Below are positions 24,682 to 37,327 of a DNA stretch of 64,000 bases, piece after piece. Under the pieces are notes generated by a model that did no database searches, was not told the DNA's origin, and saw only the letters and a program-made list of their open reading frames with translations. The stretch is from Blepharisma stoltei ATCC 30299 (lineage: Eukaryota > Protista > Ciliophora). How positions within the stretch are numbered: position 1 is the first letter of the stretch; every line of letters starts with the position of its first letter. The stretch is taken from assembly GCA_965603825.1 (NCBI GenBank), contig CBFDEM010000057.1, positions 744,001 through 808,000 of the forward strand, read 5' to 3'. The translations under genes and the position numbers were made by a program.

Positions 24682-27600
24682 TTATTTGTTATTCGAATTC
24701 TGCAGTCTCTCTTGATATTTTTTGATATTCTCATCCAAATTCAGCATGCAATGGTCAATTTCAGGGCTAAGCCATATATTTGCACACTCCCATAGTGGTT
24801 TCACAATTACAGAAATAAAATTTATTTCATTCTTATAATAGTTCTGTGGATCGTCAAGACCTTTCATAAATTCAGTTTGAGGCAAGCCATACTCAGCTTC
24901 ATCTGCGTATTGATTTGAAAATTCATTGCAAACAAGCAGTGACCAATAAGAAAATACATCAAACTCTTTAGTTGGGTGTGCTAAATCTGATAAATGTATA
25001 ACTAAGGAAGCTATTTTTTCACAATCATCATCTAATGACCCTAATGGATGGTCTTCCAAGTCCTTAAACCTTGACGCCATTGACGAAATCATATTAAAAT
25101 GCTTTACCATATCAGTGCTTAAAATTGACTCAATAATTAATTTCCTCACTGCTTTATAAATATCGTTGCTTAAAAAATCAAAAATATTGCTATTACCATT
25201 CTGAAGGATCTGGAACGTTAACGCTGCGTGATGATTTTCAAGCACAGATTTATCATTATAGACTATTGCATAATGTGAACTTCTATTGACTTCAAAAGCA
25301 TTATTATGCCCTGTATGCCCTATGTCATGGCATAATGAAGCGATAATTAATGCGTATATTTCGTGGTCAGTGAAAATTTTTGATACTTTGGTTGTTGCCA
25401 TAATATAATAGGTAGAATGCATAACGGTAAATCCATGGTAAAAGTTATGGAAAGGATTTTCATGATAATTCTTCCTGACTTCATTTACGAAAGATTTAAG
25501 CTTGGTAATATTGATATTAAACTGAGTCGTGAACTTAAAGTCTCTTAGCATTGCAACAATATATAAGAAATGATCCTCAACCTCAAAGGCATTTAAGCTT
25601 CAGTTTCTCAAGGACTCAATGTCAACTTCTAACTCTTCTACTTCTAAAAATGACGTTTCAGATCTATTCGTAAAGGTGCTCAAAACAGAACTTCTCCTGT
25701 CTACTGTGTCAGGGAGTTCTACATATTCACTTATATAGCTTTTCAGCTCAGGCTCTATAACTTCCTTTTCACCCAGAAAAGTGACTTCAGCCCTATCTAG
25801 ATTTCCTCTCTTAAGAGTATTAATTACATCAATGAGCTGTGCAGACATGTCAGAAGAATATTCAATATCTTGTGCCATTGCTGTGAGCTTGTCTATGCAT
25901 CTTTGTAAAGAAGTTTCTGTTTTGACTGGATTATTAGTAAGATCGTAGAGCTGAGACTGCATGTCTTTTAGCCTTGTGCTGAGCTCTTCAATTTCGCTTG
26001 CGTCTTCTAAAATTACTATAACCCCAGTAGAAGAATCATTCATAAAATCTTGGAGAGGAACCAGTGTATAGTTAAAAATGGAGCTTGCTGATTGACTTCC
26101 TTGTAATTCTGGAAATATTGATTTTCTGGTTACAGGAGAAATTTTTTGGCTTTTTCTATGTATTCTTCTATAAGGATAATTATAAATTGAAGTTATGTCC
26201 AAGACAAGCTGTCTATTGAATTCCATCCATTTTGGATATGTAAGCTCTTTAGCTGCAGCTTCAGTGACCCCAAAAATGTTTTCAAAAGGTCTGTTGTTAT
26301 ATTCAAGCATTCCTTCACTATTAAGGACAAGCACATAATGTCCAATACTGTTTAAAATATTGGCCAAGGCAGTTCTTTCTTCAATATTTTTTTGGAAAAG
26401 TTTCCAGTTTTGCAAAATAAACGAAATTAATTCAGAAAAAACTTCTAAAGTGTCTTCGTCATATTGGTCAAACTCCCCTCCTCTTTTATTAATCATTTGG
26501 AAAGCCGCAATTACATTGCCTTGGTAATCTAATACTGGTGTGCATAGCATTGTGGATGTTTTAAAGCCTGTAAGACGGTCTACTTCTGGGTTAAATCTTG
26601 AATCAGAGTATACATCTTTTATATTTTCAGCTAGGCCGGTCTGAGCAACATATCCAGCAATTCCTTTTCCTAAAGGAATTTCGAATCCCATAGGTATTTC
26701 TTGCTCAAGTCCTTGAGATTTTATTACCAAATTATTGCCTTCTCTCAAATAAACAGTCCCTCTATCACAATCCAGCAGATTTTGTGCTACACTTCTTATA
26801 GTGCTTATCAAGCTTTGAGTATCCATCCCAACCGCATAGTGCCTAATAATTTTCCTGAGCTCTGAATTTTCTGATTTTCCATCATTTGTTTTTGGGCTTA
26901 TTGCAGAAAAAATATATTTCCCTAATTCTTTAATTTTAATTTCATCTTCTCGTGTATAGCTCACATAAAGCGAATAAGTCTCATCCTTTTTATTTCAAGC
27001 TTTTATTATTAAAGAATTCCCATCTTTTCTAATAGGAATGTATAAAATGTTTTCTTTCCCTTCAATGTGGTTAAATAAAGCTGGTCTTTCTGACTCGACA
27101 AGACTACTGAAGAAATCTTCTTGTTTTTTATTAAATATCATGCTCAATTTATTTTCTCTTATTTGGTACATTGTGTAATTAAGCTCAGAAATCCATATAC
27201 AGCTTGCCCCTTCAGACCCTGAAAGTGCTTTAATAACCTCTAGGGCAATAGAAATCAATGAATCTGTATCATTATCATTAGCAAGCCTTCTTAAAAGATC
27301 AACAGATAGCACCTGTGAGAATTGAGCATAATTTGTGGTCTCTGTAATCTGTTTAAACGACCTCAGCAGCATTTTGTGCTTTCTTCCTTCTTTTAATATA
27401 GTCTGCCAATTATTCTCTGTTGTTACCTTCATTTGGAGAATTTCTCTAGAAATCACTGATAAATATTGGGCAAAAATTACGTCATCGCTTGGGAAATTTT
27501 CTGGGGAGTTTACAAAGCAGATTACTCCATCTACCCCGCTGCTTAAGCTAGAAATAGGGATACATAAAAAGGAGTTTATTTGATCCTGAACCCCTAAAGA

Positions 27601-29736
27601 GTCTATATGGACGTCGAATTTTCGATGAGAGTAAGCTTTTTCTTTCAGAAGCACAATTTCGTTATCAACAATGGACTGTTTAACTAATCCTGAATTTTTA
27701 AGCAAATTTTCATTTAAAATATCATATAAAGTCCCATCAGTGCTATATTTCAACAACATACAGGCTGCTTGACAAGGTATAGCAGACTGTAAATTTTTCG
27801 CAAAAGATTTTAAGCTATTTCCTGAATTTTCTATTAATTCTTGATATTGTGATAATCTCTGCAATTTTTCCCATGGGACAAGATTTATATGGAATAATGC
27901 TTCAATTGCAGAGTTTTTTGTGATGATATTTTTTATTTCGACTGAGTCTATTAATTTATTTTTTGAAGCCTGTCTTCTGTGGCTAACTGGGAGCTGATTA
28001 ACTGACTTAGAATTTAGCCTGCGAAAACCGGATTTTGGGGAGACTGATCTTTCTTGTGGCTGAAAAGGGTTAGTATCAATTATCAAGCCAGAGGCGAAAA
28101 GATTGTCAAGAATTGTTGATAATTTATTAGAAAAATTCACCAAGAGGTTTATCTCTTCATGCTTAAATTCGCTAGGTGTTCTTCTTACTACGATTATCCC
28201 AATTACGCGTTTTTCTGTTAAATTCCCAAAAATAGGGATTGATAAGATACAGCTTTCTCTGTAAATATCAATATCAGAAATATTCATTGCAGCATTTGAA
28301 GGGAAAATCACTGTTTTTTCAGAAAAAAAGGTTAAGCCGAGAAGGGAATTTTCATTTAAAGGGTAGGAAATTGTGTCTTGCTTTTTGTCAAGAGTTGTTC
28401 ATATGGACATTTTTTTGTGGTCAACAATGTAGACTGCACTTGAGTCAAAGCAAATTAGATGCTTCATACTTTGTTTTATGTGATCAAATAGTAAGGAATA
28501 GCCATAAAGCCTTTCAGTATTCAAGGTAAAGCATTTCAATGTGTCGGCTATTATAGAAACTTTGCTTGCGACTTCATGAGAAATCCCTATTTGGCTAATT
28601 TCTTGCCATTTTTCATAAGGAATTTCGCCTAAAATTTTTATTAATGATTTTGCGAATTTTTCATCTATATCTTTAAAAGAGCTTTCCTGCTTAAAAAACT
28701 CGACAACACCTAGCAATACTTTTTCTCGATCAAAGATTGGGCATGACAAAATCCCTCTGTAAGCTATATCAATTCTCCATAAAGGCTCTGATCTCAAGTC
28801 TTTTATATTTAAAATTCCTTGAGACGTAAAAGCAGAATAATTACTAGTCTGTGTATTTATCATAACTTTGCTATCAGATTCTGAATTTATCCCAAAAGAA
28901 TAGAAAGGATTCAATTTTCTGTCGACATTTATATAAAAAACTCCAGCTTGAGCATCTAAGCACTCACACATCAACGCTAAATAGTCAGGAGTCAATGTCT
29001 GCTCAGTTTTGACTATTTTTTTGCAAATTTTTAGTATTTTTTCTCTTTTTATCATTTGATTCGAAATTTTTTGGATAAAAGCACCTTCTTCTTCATTCTT
29101 TAAAATTGCATGATTTATCCCTTTCAATTCTCCTAACTTTTTTCTATAATTCAGAATCTCAATAAATAACAGACCAGCTGATTGAACCATTAAGACATCA
29201 TTTACAGTAAAAAACGCTTGGGCTCTCTTTTGGTCAAGCTTATTGTATAGAATAATAACCCCTTGCAAATTCAAGCAATCCGCTCCATAAATAGGAATTG
29301 CGCACACTGAAAAGGGCTCTTCCATCGAATTTGTTGCTTTTGAGTAAGGCAACAGCTTTTCTTGAAAACTCTGATAAAACCCAGAATTCCTAGGATTATT
29401 TATGATTTGATAAACATTCTTCGTGGCCACAAATCCAGGCAGACTGTTTGTGCTTATGTCAAGATACTGCCTTGTTTGTTTTCTTCCAAGCACTTTTAGC
29501 TTGTCTTCTTCTTTTAGTAGGATTTCAACTCAGCTTGAAGAGGTAAGCAGTTTACATTGAGTGACAATATCGCTTTCTAAATCTTTCTGGTCAATTTTTT
29601 CGCTTTTAAATAGCTGTGCTAGATTTTTCGTTGCTGAAAATACGATATCTCCAGCACACTGAGGGTTAAAAGCTGGCTTAGTTCCTGAATTTTCTGGGAC
29701 TTGAAGAGATTTCGGCCGAATTTCATTAGTAGCCAT
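24682..29736 (-). CDS. Multi-GAF + PAS class I cyclic nucleotide phosphodiesterase (1684 aa)
   Basis: Five ORFs joined through TGA. Several GAF-like units (GIAGYVA...NIKDVYSDSRFNPEVD..TGFKT..LC.P, NKRGGEF), a PAS-like segment, and catalytic FHNFYHG, HDIGH, LENHH, STDM, SDLAH. Confidence 0.92.
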
Positions 29737-29930
29737 TTTTTATAGTAGTTTTGAATGGAAATAACTTATAATTAAAGAATTTTTATGATATGGTAAATTC
29801 TAACCTTTTGAGCTGGATTTATTATTCATCAAAATTTTATTTTTCACAGAAAATATTAGAAATAAATGTAATATGATAAACATAGTCTTAATAAAATATT
29901 AATAAAAATAATAGTATCAATTTAGACTAT

Positions 29931-32063
29931 TTAGCCAATTTTATGCAGTGATAAGCCCAGCGACAATTTAGCGACTGCAGTCCTGCGTCTTTTAGACTCT
30001 CCTAGTCTCTCTTTTATTAAATCAAGTTCGATTTTTTTCTTTTCGCTTGGAATTGGGCTGAAATCTGGCTTGACTCTGTGATAATAATAAGCTCTCATCC
30101 TTTGTCTCCATAAACTTTCATTTCCTGCCACAATATTCCGGTAATCAAACGTTTTTAATGAAAAATCTTTGCCTTCTTTTCTTTTTATATTGGATCTTAG
30201 AAGATCTTCTGTAGACTTTGATTCGGAAAAAGGGATTGATAAGGCTTGATCGCTTTGGGTTGGCCTTTCAGGGCTATCTGATGTCTTTTTATAAGCATTG
30301 TCTAAAAATTCTGAAGGAAACTCATCCTTTTCTATGAGTTTTGATTTGATTAAATAGTCTGCTAAACCTTGGGTCCGTTTTACGCTTTTACTGAATTTAT
30401 TTAATAAATTGTTAATATATCTCTCTCTACCTTTTGTTTGTGGAGACAGAGACAGGTCAGGTTTTTCATTAGAAAATTTTCTATCCGTTAGACTTGAAGT
30501 ATTGTCAGATTTTTTGTCTTTATTTTCAAAGTTATTGGTGCTGTTGCTTCTTATAAATTTCATTCCGTTTTGATTCTTAATTGCTAAACTGATATCGTAA
30601 TTCCCTTCTCTATAGCTTGGAGCTTGTCTATTGCTTATCTCTTTATTTTCAAGAGAAAAATTGCTCTTGTCTTTTTCATAAATATCCTGCTTATTTTTAA
30701 ATCTTTTTAGTTTTAATTCTTCATCGTTTTGATTTTCTTTAATTTTTTCTTGTATATCATCAACAAAATAGCTGTTTTTTGCGTTTTTTAATTCTCTTTT
30801 ATTTTCGTCAACTAATTCTTGATTTTCTTTTAAAAAATTTGCAGGCTCTCTTTCTTTTAAGCTAGTTTGGTAATTTAAAGATTCATCACTTTTAGAAGGC
30901 TTGCTTTTTCTTTGGCCAAAATTTGCTGCCCTTCACTCCTCGCTTTCTCTATATTTTTTCCATTTGATTTCTCTACCATTTTCATCTGATATTTTCCCAT
31001 TTGTCCCAAAATCATTTTGAACTAGATTTTTTCTTTTATTTTTTTCTTTTCAGTTGTGATCTTGCCAATCTTCATTGAGTTCTTTATTATCTTTGTCCTT
31101 TCCTTTTTCATAACTGTCATTTTTTCCTTCTTCTTTTATATTATAGAGCTCTTGATGAGTATTCTTGATTTCTTTTTCATTAATTCCTATTAAATTAAAT
31201 TCTTCATTGTGCTTTATATTGGCTTCTTCTTTATGGTATTTTTCAGGAGATTTTCCATTATTTTCAATTGGATTTAAGTCTCCTTTATATTTTAAGTCAT
31301 GAATCTCTTTGTAGCCTATTTCAGCTATGTTTTTATTTATTTCATTATAAGCCTGCCCTTCTCTATCTTTTATGCCTTGAATTTCTTTATCAAATGCGTC
31401 TATTTTCCCATTTCCTCTATAATAAACATGTTCTTTGTTTCCTTTTTGATTTTCTTCAATTCATTGTGGTTTATAATTTTTATCTAAAACCTCTTTTTTC
31501 AGCCTATTCCTAGCTTCACCCCTCTCGTCAAAATTATTGCTATTTTTAACATAATCAACATCACTTTGATTTTTATTTCCCAAAATCTCTTCTTCTCTAT
31601 GGGCGAAACTTCTAATTTCAGGAGTTTTATTATAATATCCTCTATTATCCTGTGGGAAATTGGTAGAACTTATGCTTTTTGTAAGTTTTAGTACATCTTG
31701 AACCTCCTTTGGGATCTTATAGTCATAGCCTTCTTTATATTTTAAATCTTGAATTACGTCAACCAGCTTATCAATTAATTTTCCATTCTTTTCAAACTTC
31801 GAAGTGCTATGGCTTTTTGTGAGTTTTAAATCCTCATGGCTTTCACTTGTAGATTTAAGCTCCTCTTCTTCTTTCCGTTTTAATTCCTTAATTGCTTTTA
31901 ATAGCCTATCAATTGTTTCTTGATCTTCTAGTCTTCTTTCCATAACGCTTTTTGCATTTCTTTCTCTAAGAAGCTTATTTCTACGTCGAGCTTCTCGAAC
32001 TTCTTCAGCTTGTCTCCATTTGATTTCTTTTATATCTGGATACTCAATTTTAGGCCCTATCAT
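29931..32063 (-). CDS. Hypothetical charged low-complexity/coiled-coil protein (~710 aa)
   Basis: ORFs 31461..32063 and 29931..30563 are in the same frame; the part of the gap I translated contains only TGA interruptions. Start codon uncertain. Confidence 0.7.
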
Positions 32064-32071
32064 AACGCAAA

Positions 32072-33376
32072 TTAATGATTAATAAAATTAAACTCTGCAA
32101 TGATTGGGAAATGGTCACTTGGCAAAATTTCGTTTGGAGCCCCACTAAATCCATCTAAAAATTCAAACCTAGGGCTCATCAGAACCCTGCTTGGAGCAAC
32201 AGAGCCGCCGTACCATATATAATCAACTGTAGATCTGGAGTCATCTAAAAACGTTGTAGGAAATGGCTCATAACGAACACACGACTTATAGCAGCTTTTG
32301 ATGTCCAAATTATGGGCGATTGTTCCATCTTCGTCTATGTCTGTATTGCAAAAAACAGGGGTAAAGGTGTTGCCAATGAGCTGGACTCTAATTGAATTCA
32401 GTATATGAGCAATTTCGCAATTGTTCATATACTGGTGGTCCTTATAGGAGAAAGGCGTCCTGAAGACTTCAAGAATTCTCTTATATGTTGCTTTTTTCTC
32501 CAAGCCTATATATCTGCTATTTAAGTCTTCTTTTTTGACCCATAAGAGATTCAAAATTTTATTTTCTAAGAAATGATAAATCCCACCACAAGGTGTCAAA
32601 TTAAAATCACCTGCAAATAAAATACTTACATCAAACCCGGTGTATTTTACTAATATAGCTTCAATTGATTTTAGCATTGTGTAAATTTGGCAAAATTGTC
32701 TATCTCCTTTATGTGGGCTAAATAAAAAATGGGTATTCGCAAATAAAATGTATTTAGAATCCTCTGAGTTTAGCCTTAAAATGGTAATGATGCCTATATT
32801 TGCTTTAGATAAATAATTTTGAAATTCTGGGTCTTCACTGTAATATTCCACATCAAATCTTTCAACTAAGGTAAATAAGCTTGATTTCCATAAAATCATG
32901 CAGCCGTCCAAATCAGTTCTCAGACGCTTTTTGTACCATTTCTCGTATCCTTCTAAAGATGTGTAGGCTTCATAGCCTTCGTCTACCTCTTGCAAAGCTA
33001 GTAAATCAGGGTCGTGGTATTTAATTTCATCAATTATTAATTTTGATCTTTTTTCAATATCCAAATCTTCAGGCTTACAAGAATACAGTCCTCTTTGGCT
33101 TTTCTTGATACAATGGTCTGATAAGACGTTATAACTCATTATTTTATATTGTCCTTGAGGCCCTCTTGACCATGGCCTTTGTGTATAAAAGTGTCTGAAC
33201 TCTCTTAAAATTTCATCAAATGGGACTGCAGGCTTTTCTTCAGGGAAGGATTGAAATGATTGAATAGGAGATGAGTTTTGGTTTTCTAATATAGGCACAA
33301 AGTCATTATCAGTAGAATCAATACGGGATGTTTCAGAATTTCTTAAATTTGATAGCTTTGGAAGGGAAAAATCCAT
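32072..33376 (-). CDS. CCR4/Angel/nocturnin-family EEP phosphodiesterase/deadenylase-like protein (434 aa)
   Basis: MSYNVL, LALQEVD, ANTHF, AGDFN, TVDYIWY, PSDHFP. Confidence 0.92.
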   Translation of the reverse strand: MDFSLPKLSNLRNSETSRIDSTDNDFVPILENQNSSPIQSFQSFPEEKPAVPFDEILREFRHFYTQRPWSRGPQGQYKIMSYNVLSDHCIKKSQRGLYSCKPEDLDIEKRSKLIIDEIKYHDPDLLALQEVDEGYEAYTSLEGYEKWYKKRLRTDLDGCMILWKSSLFTLVERFDVEYYSEDPEFQNYLSKANIGIITILRLNSEDSKYILFANTHFLFSPHKGDRQFCQIYTMLKSIEAILVKYTGFDVSILFAGDFNLTPCGGIYHFLENKILNLLWVKKEDLNSRYIGLEKKATYKRILEVFRTPFSYKDHQYMNNCEIAHILNSIRVQLIGNTFTPVFCNTDIDEDGTIAHNLDIKSCYKSCVRYEPFPTTFLDDSRSTVDYIWYGGSVAPSRVLMSPRFEFLDGFSGAPNEILPSDHFPIIAEFNFINH

Positions 33377-33734
33377 ATTGAGTTTATAATTTAATAATTA
33401 AAATCTCTATAATTATTACTAATAAAATAACTCATTCTAATAAGAAGTAAAAATTTTGCTTTCTATTAAGTTAATACTAATTCTAATGTTTACTATTAAG
33501 TGACTTTTATTTTGTTATTTTGGCCCGAAAGTCGAAGAAACAAGGAATCTTCAGGCAGAACTTTTTAAAAAAATCGTAGAAGGTGGATATACTGGAGCTC
33601 TTCCTCCTTACGTGAAGTAGACAGCAAAGTAACAGAATTACCTTCCACCTAAAATATTTGTTTTATACAACTCAGGGCGATACATATGAGTGTCAGAAAT
33701 GAAAAGGATTTTTACAATGATCAGTAAAATTTAT

Positions 33735-33990
33735 TTCACAAAATATTTACTTTCTTTGAAATTGCCTAATTGGTTAATTTTTTTGAATATTGGCTTTTTT
33801 GAGCTATAATGATCGTCAAAGCATCAGTGCACCCCAAGATTTTGGCTATTTTGTATATCATTGTCCTCCAGAGCATAAAGAATTCTTTATACTGTATGTC
33901 TGCTATGAATCAAATATTCAGTCTTATGATGAAATTTAATGATATTTATTTTATTTATACTACCTAAAGCAACAGCTTTACCTTTTTTCG
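33735..33990 (-). pseudogene. Decayed, divergent copy of the C-terminal domain of the 43843 and 47823 genes
   Basis: Translates EFFMLW...KILGCTDALTIIIA versus DYFMLN...QILGCLDALLIIIA; contains stops. Confidence 0.5.
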
Positions 33991-34099
33991 TAAATTTAGA
34001 GATCTGAATAAGATAATTAAAATAGGAAGAATTTCTTTTTGCAATTTAAAAATAATTATAAAATTTCAATAAAACATAGATCTTACATAATTGATGCCA

Positions 34100-34468
34100 C
34101 TACAGATTCAATATTTGTACGAATAAGTTTCTAAGTCTTTTGAATACAGTGGAAACTGTCTCACTATTAATGCGCAATTTTTCAGCTGCAGTTATTTGCA
34201 TAGTTTCTTGATGGCACTCAAAAATCAATCTAAGTATTGATTTCATAGGTAGCTTTATGCTGCTGAAGGAAGATCTCCTTTTTATTGAGAATGAAAGCTC
34301 ACATATATAGCATTTTAAGAAGTAATGCTTTTCTGACTTGCATATGTAGCATTGATTGTCACATTTATAGCAGTTTGGTGGTGCTAGTATTCCTACACTT
34401 CTGCATCATGCTATTGATAGTTGATCGCTTTCAAAAATCTCTCTAAAAGTCCCAAATAGTTCATGCAA
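34100..34468 (-). mobile_element. Merlin/IS1595(ISXO2)-like transposase N-terminal relic (Zn ribbon + HTH); DDE core absent
   Basis: 123-codon frame with one TGA=W: SIAW(TGA)CRSVGILAPPNCYKC...FLKCYICELSFSIKRRSSFSIKLPMKSILRLIFE...AAEKLRINSETVSTVFKRLRNL, the usual CxxC..CxxC-SI(R/K)..S.F-KL-HTH-TV...LR arrangement. Confidence 0.7.
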
Positions 34469-34504
34469 ATAAAGTTTTATTTGTTATTCATTCCAACTAC
34501 TAAA

Positions 34505-34763
34505 ATTTAAAAATAAATATACATTTCTCTATTACTTTCTATATAATCGCCTATTAATTTACGTATTTCTGCATGAGAATCTTGTGCACCTGTTAAAAAT
34601 ATAATAAAGCTCTGTACAGGCAGTTGCCATGTGGTGCGAATACATCTAGACTTATAACTTCAAGCTTTTCTATTTCTGTACTTGTAGCTGAAGAAGTTTT
34701 ATTATTATCTTTAGCTTTAATCCTTTTGTTTGCATGAAGGAAAATGTAGATGATTAAATCCAT
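34505..34763 (-). pseudogene. OTU-like cysteine protease N-terminal half, frameshifted
   Basis: PHGNCLYRALLYF, then after a one-T loss LTGAQDSHAEIRKLIGDYIESNREMY. Matches the OTU pattern DGNCLFRA...G.Q..H..IR; the C-terminal His half is missing. Confidence 0.7.
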
Positions 34764-35190
34764 GTGATAGAGTGCTGCCGTAGATATGCAGATGACAAGA
34801 AAATTTTGAATTTTTTAGAATAAAAAATAAGATATTTTAACGGAAGTGAGTCTAAGTTTTATGTAACAGAGATCGTGGTGGGAAAGATTCAGAGATAAAA
34901 ATAGAAGTTATAAATCAGAAATTTGAGAGTTTATTAGTAAAATTGTATAAAATAAAACAGATTGACTCCCTTGGTAGGGTAACCTTATAATGTCAAAAAT
35001 ATTAATTTTAGGTTCCTTCAGCATAAAATTGCTTATTAAAAAACCAATAAAAATTATATATAAAATTTAATTAAAAAATGGTATTTTCTGCAATTTTGTT
35101 ATTAATTTATAGACATAAAAAATTTCTAATTCAAATAGAAGTATAGATCTTAATTCATCCGATGGTAAACAAATATAAAAAACTTATAAA

Positions 35191-36802
35191 ATGTCTCTGA
35201 AATCTATTAAATGTAGATATCAATATCATAATTATTTCAACAGCATGAACAACAATCGATTTAATAGCTGTGAGCAATGGAAATCAAAAGGCAGAAGGCT
35301 TTACAAGCAAAATAATCTTAAAGAAGCCTTAAAATGTTATAGCGAAGCAATCAAACTCAAGCCTAAGGACGTTGTCTCGTATATTAAAAAAGGCAATATT
35401 CTTAGAAAATTGGACAGAGATCTTGAAGCAATAGTTTGCTATCACGAAGCTATTGAACTCAAGCCTGATGAATTTAAAGCTCACTATAAAATGGGCATTA
35501 CTCTTGAAGATTTAGACTTGACAGAGGAAGCAATTGCATGTTATGACGAAGCAATAAAAGTCAACCCTACCCATTTTGAAGTTTACCTTAAAAAAGGCTC
35601 AGCTCATGATGATATAGGAAAATATAACGAAGCTATAGAATGCTATGATGAAGCTATAAAAATTACCCCAATTGGCCTGGAGTTTACAATATGAAAGGGA
35701 TGCTTTTGGGAAAAATAGGCGATGGCGTTGAAGCAATAAAATGTTTTGATAAAGCACTGAAACTGGAACCCAATGATCCAGGAACTTATGTTAATAAAGG
35801 ATGCATTCTCGATAGCTTAGACAGGGGTAGTGAAGCAATAAAATGCTTCAATAAAGCAATTAAGCTCAAGCCTGATTATGCAGCTGCTTACTTTAAAAAA
35901 GGGAAATCTTGAAGCAATAGAGTGCTATAGAAAAGCAATCAAGATTTGTCCGGATTGAGCTGACATTTACAATAACTTAGGAAATGCTCTTGATGAACTA
36001 GGCAAATATCCTATGGCAATAGAATCTTTCAACAAAGCAATCGAGCTCGAACCTGAAAATCCTTCTTTTTACAATAATAGAGGTCTTGCTCTTAAGGGTC
36101 AAGGAAAATATTTAAAAGCAATAAAATGGTTCGACAAAGCAATCCAAGTCAAGCCAGATTATTTTTAGCCTTTTATAATAAAGGCAATACTCTATGCGAA
36201 TTAGATAGAGAACTTGAAGCAATAGAGTGTTATGACGAAGCATTAAATATCAGGCCAGATAATGTAGGCGTTTATAGATCTAAAGGTGCTGCTCTTAATA
36301 CTTTGGGCAGATATCTGGAAGAAATAGAATGCTATGATGAAATAATTAAACTCAAGCCTGATGATGCCGTAACTTATGTTAAAAAAGCGATAGTCTTATC
36401 GAAATAGGCAGATTTCTTGAAGCAATAGAATGCTATAATGAGACAATCAAACTCGACCCTAATTTTGCTTCGGCTTACTTTAACCAAGGAGTTGCTTTTA
36501 AGATGTTAGGAAGAACTCTTGAAGAAATGGAATGCTATGACCAAGCAATTAGAGCCGATCCGAATTATCGTCTGGCTTACAATAATAAGGGAATTCTTCT
36601 TAGTGAATCAGGAAGGTTTTTGGAAGCAATTGAATGCTTTGATCAAGTAATAAGACTCAAATCAGATGATTATATAGCCTATAATAATAAAGGAAATGCA
36701 CTTAAGGATTTAGGAAGAAACCTAGAGGCAATAGAATTCTATAACGGTGCAATTAAACTTAAACCTGATTTTGCTGATCCTCACAATTCATGTAGAAAAT
36801 AA
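35191..36802 (+). pseudogene. TPR-repeat gene with frameshifts (about 14 repeats)
   Basis: Repeats continue across frame changes near 35668, 35910 (partial-repeat deletion), 36165 and 36405; paralogous to 41764. Confidence 0.8.
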
Positions 36803-37327
36803 TTATAGCTGTAATTTGACGATGAAGTAGATTTCCCTCGCTAAAAAACCATTGTAAAACATCAAAAAAATTGAAGAGTGAGCTCCCTCTATTTCAGATC
36901 TGGTCTATCTAAACTAATCCCTTCACATATACCACAATTATGCATAATTAATTTTGATAATGAATGCTATTTTTTACAAATCCAAGATTCTAAAATATTA
37001 TATTATTTTTATATCATCTAAACCTTATTGAGATATTTCTCCTCTGAATATGTATCACAGACCCAATCATTTCTTCTTTTCTTGTGATTTTTAAAACTAA
37101 ACTCTGTGATAAATATTTGAATTCTACTAAACTTCTAGCAATATAAATCAAATCTGCCTCACCTTGCAGATTTTTTTAGTGTTAAAGAGGAAATGCAAAT
37201 TTTTGTAAAAATACTCTAAATCTTATAATATGCTTTAATAATGTAAATTTATCTACTTAAAACTAATATTTAAATACAATACTCGTCTGAATTTAAATAT
37301 TAAAATAATCGTATAAAAAGAATTTAT

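Noticed and set aside
33518-33620. Coding-like fragment FGPKVEETRNLQAELFKKIVEGGYTGALPPYVK*
   Set aside because: No start codon, too short, no recognisable family.
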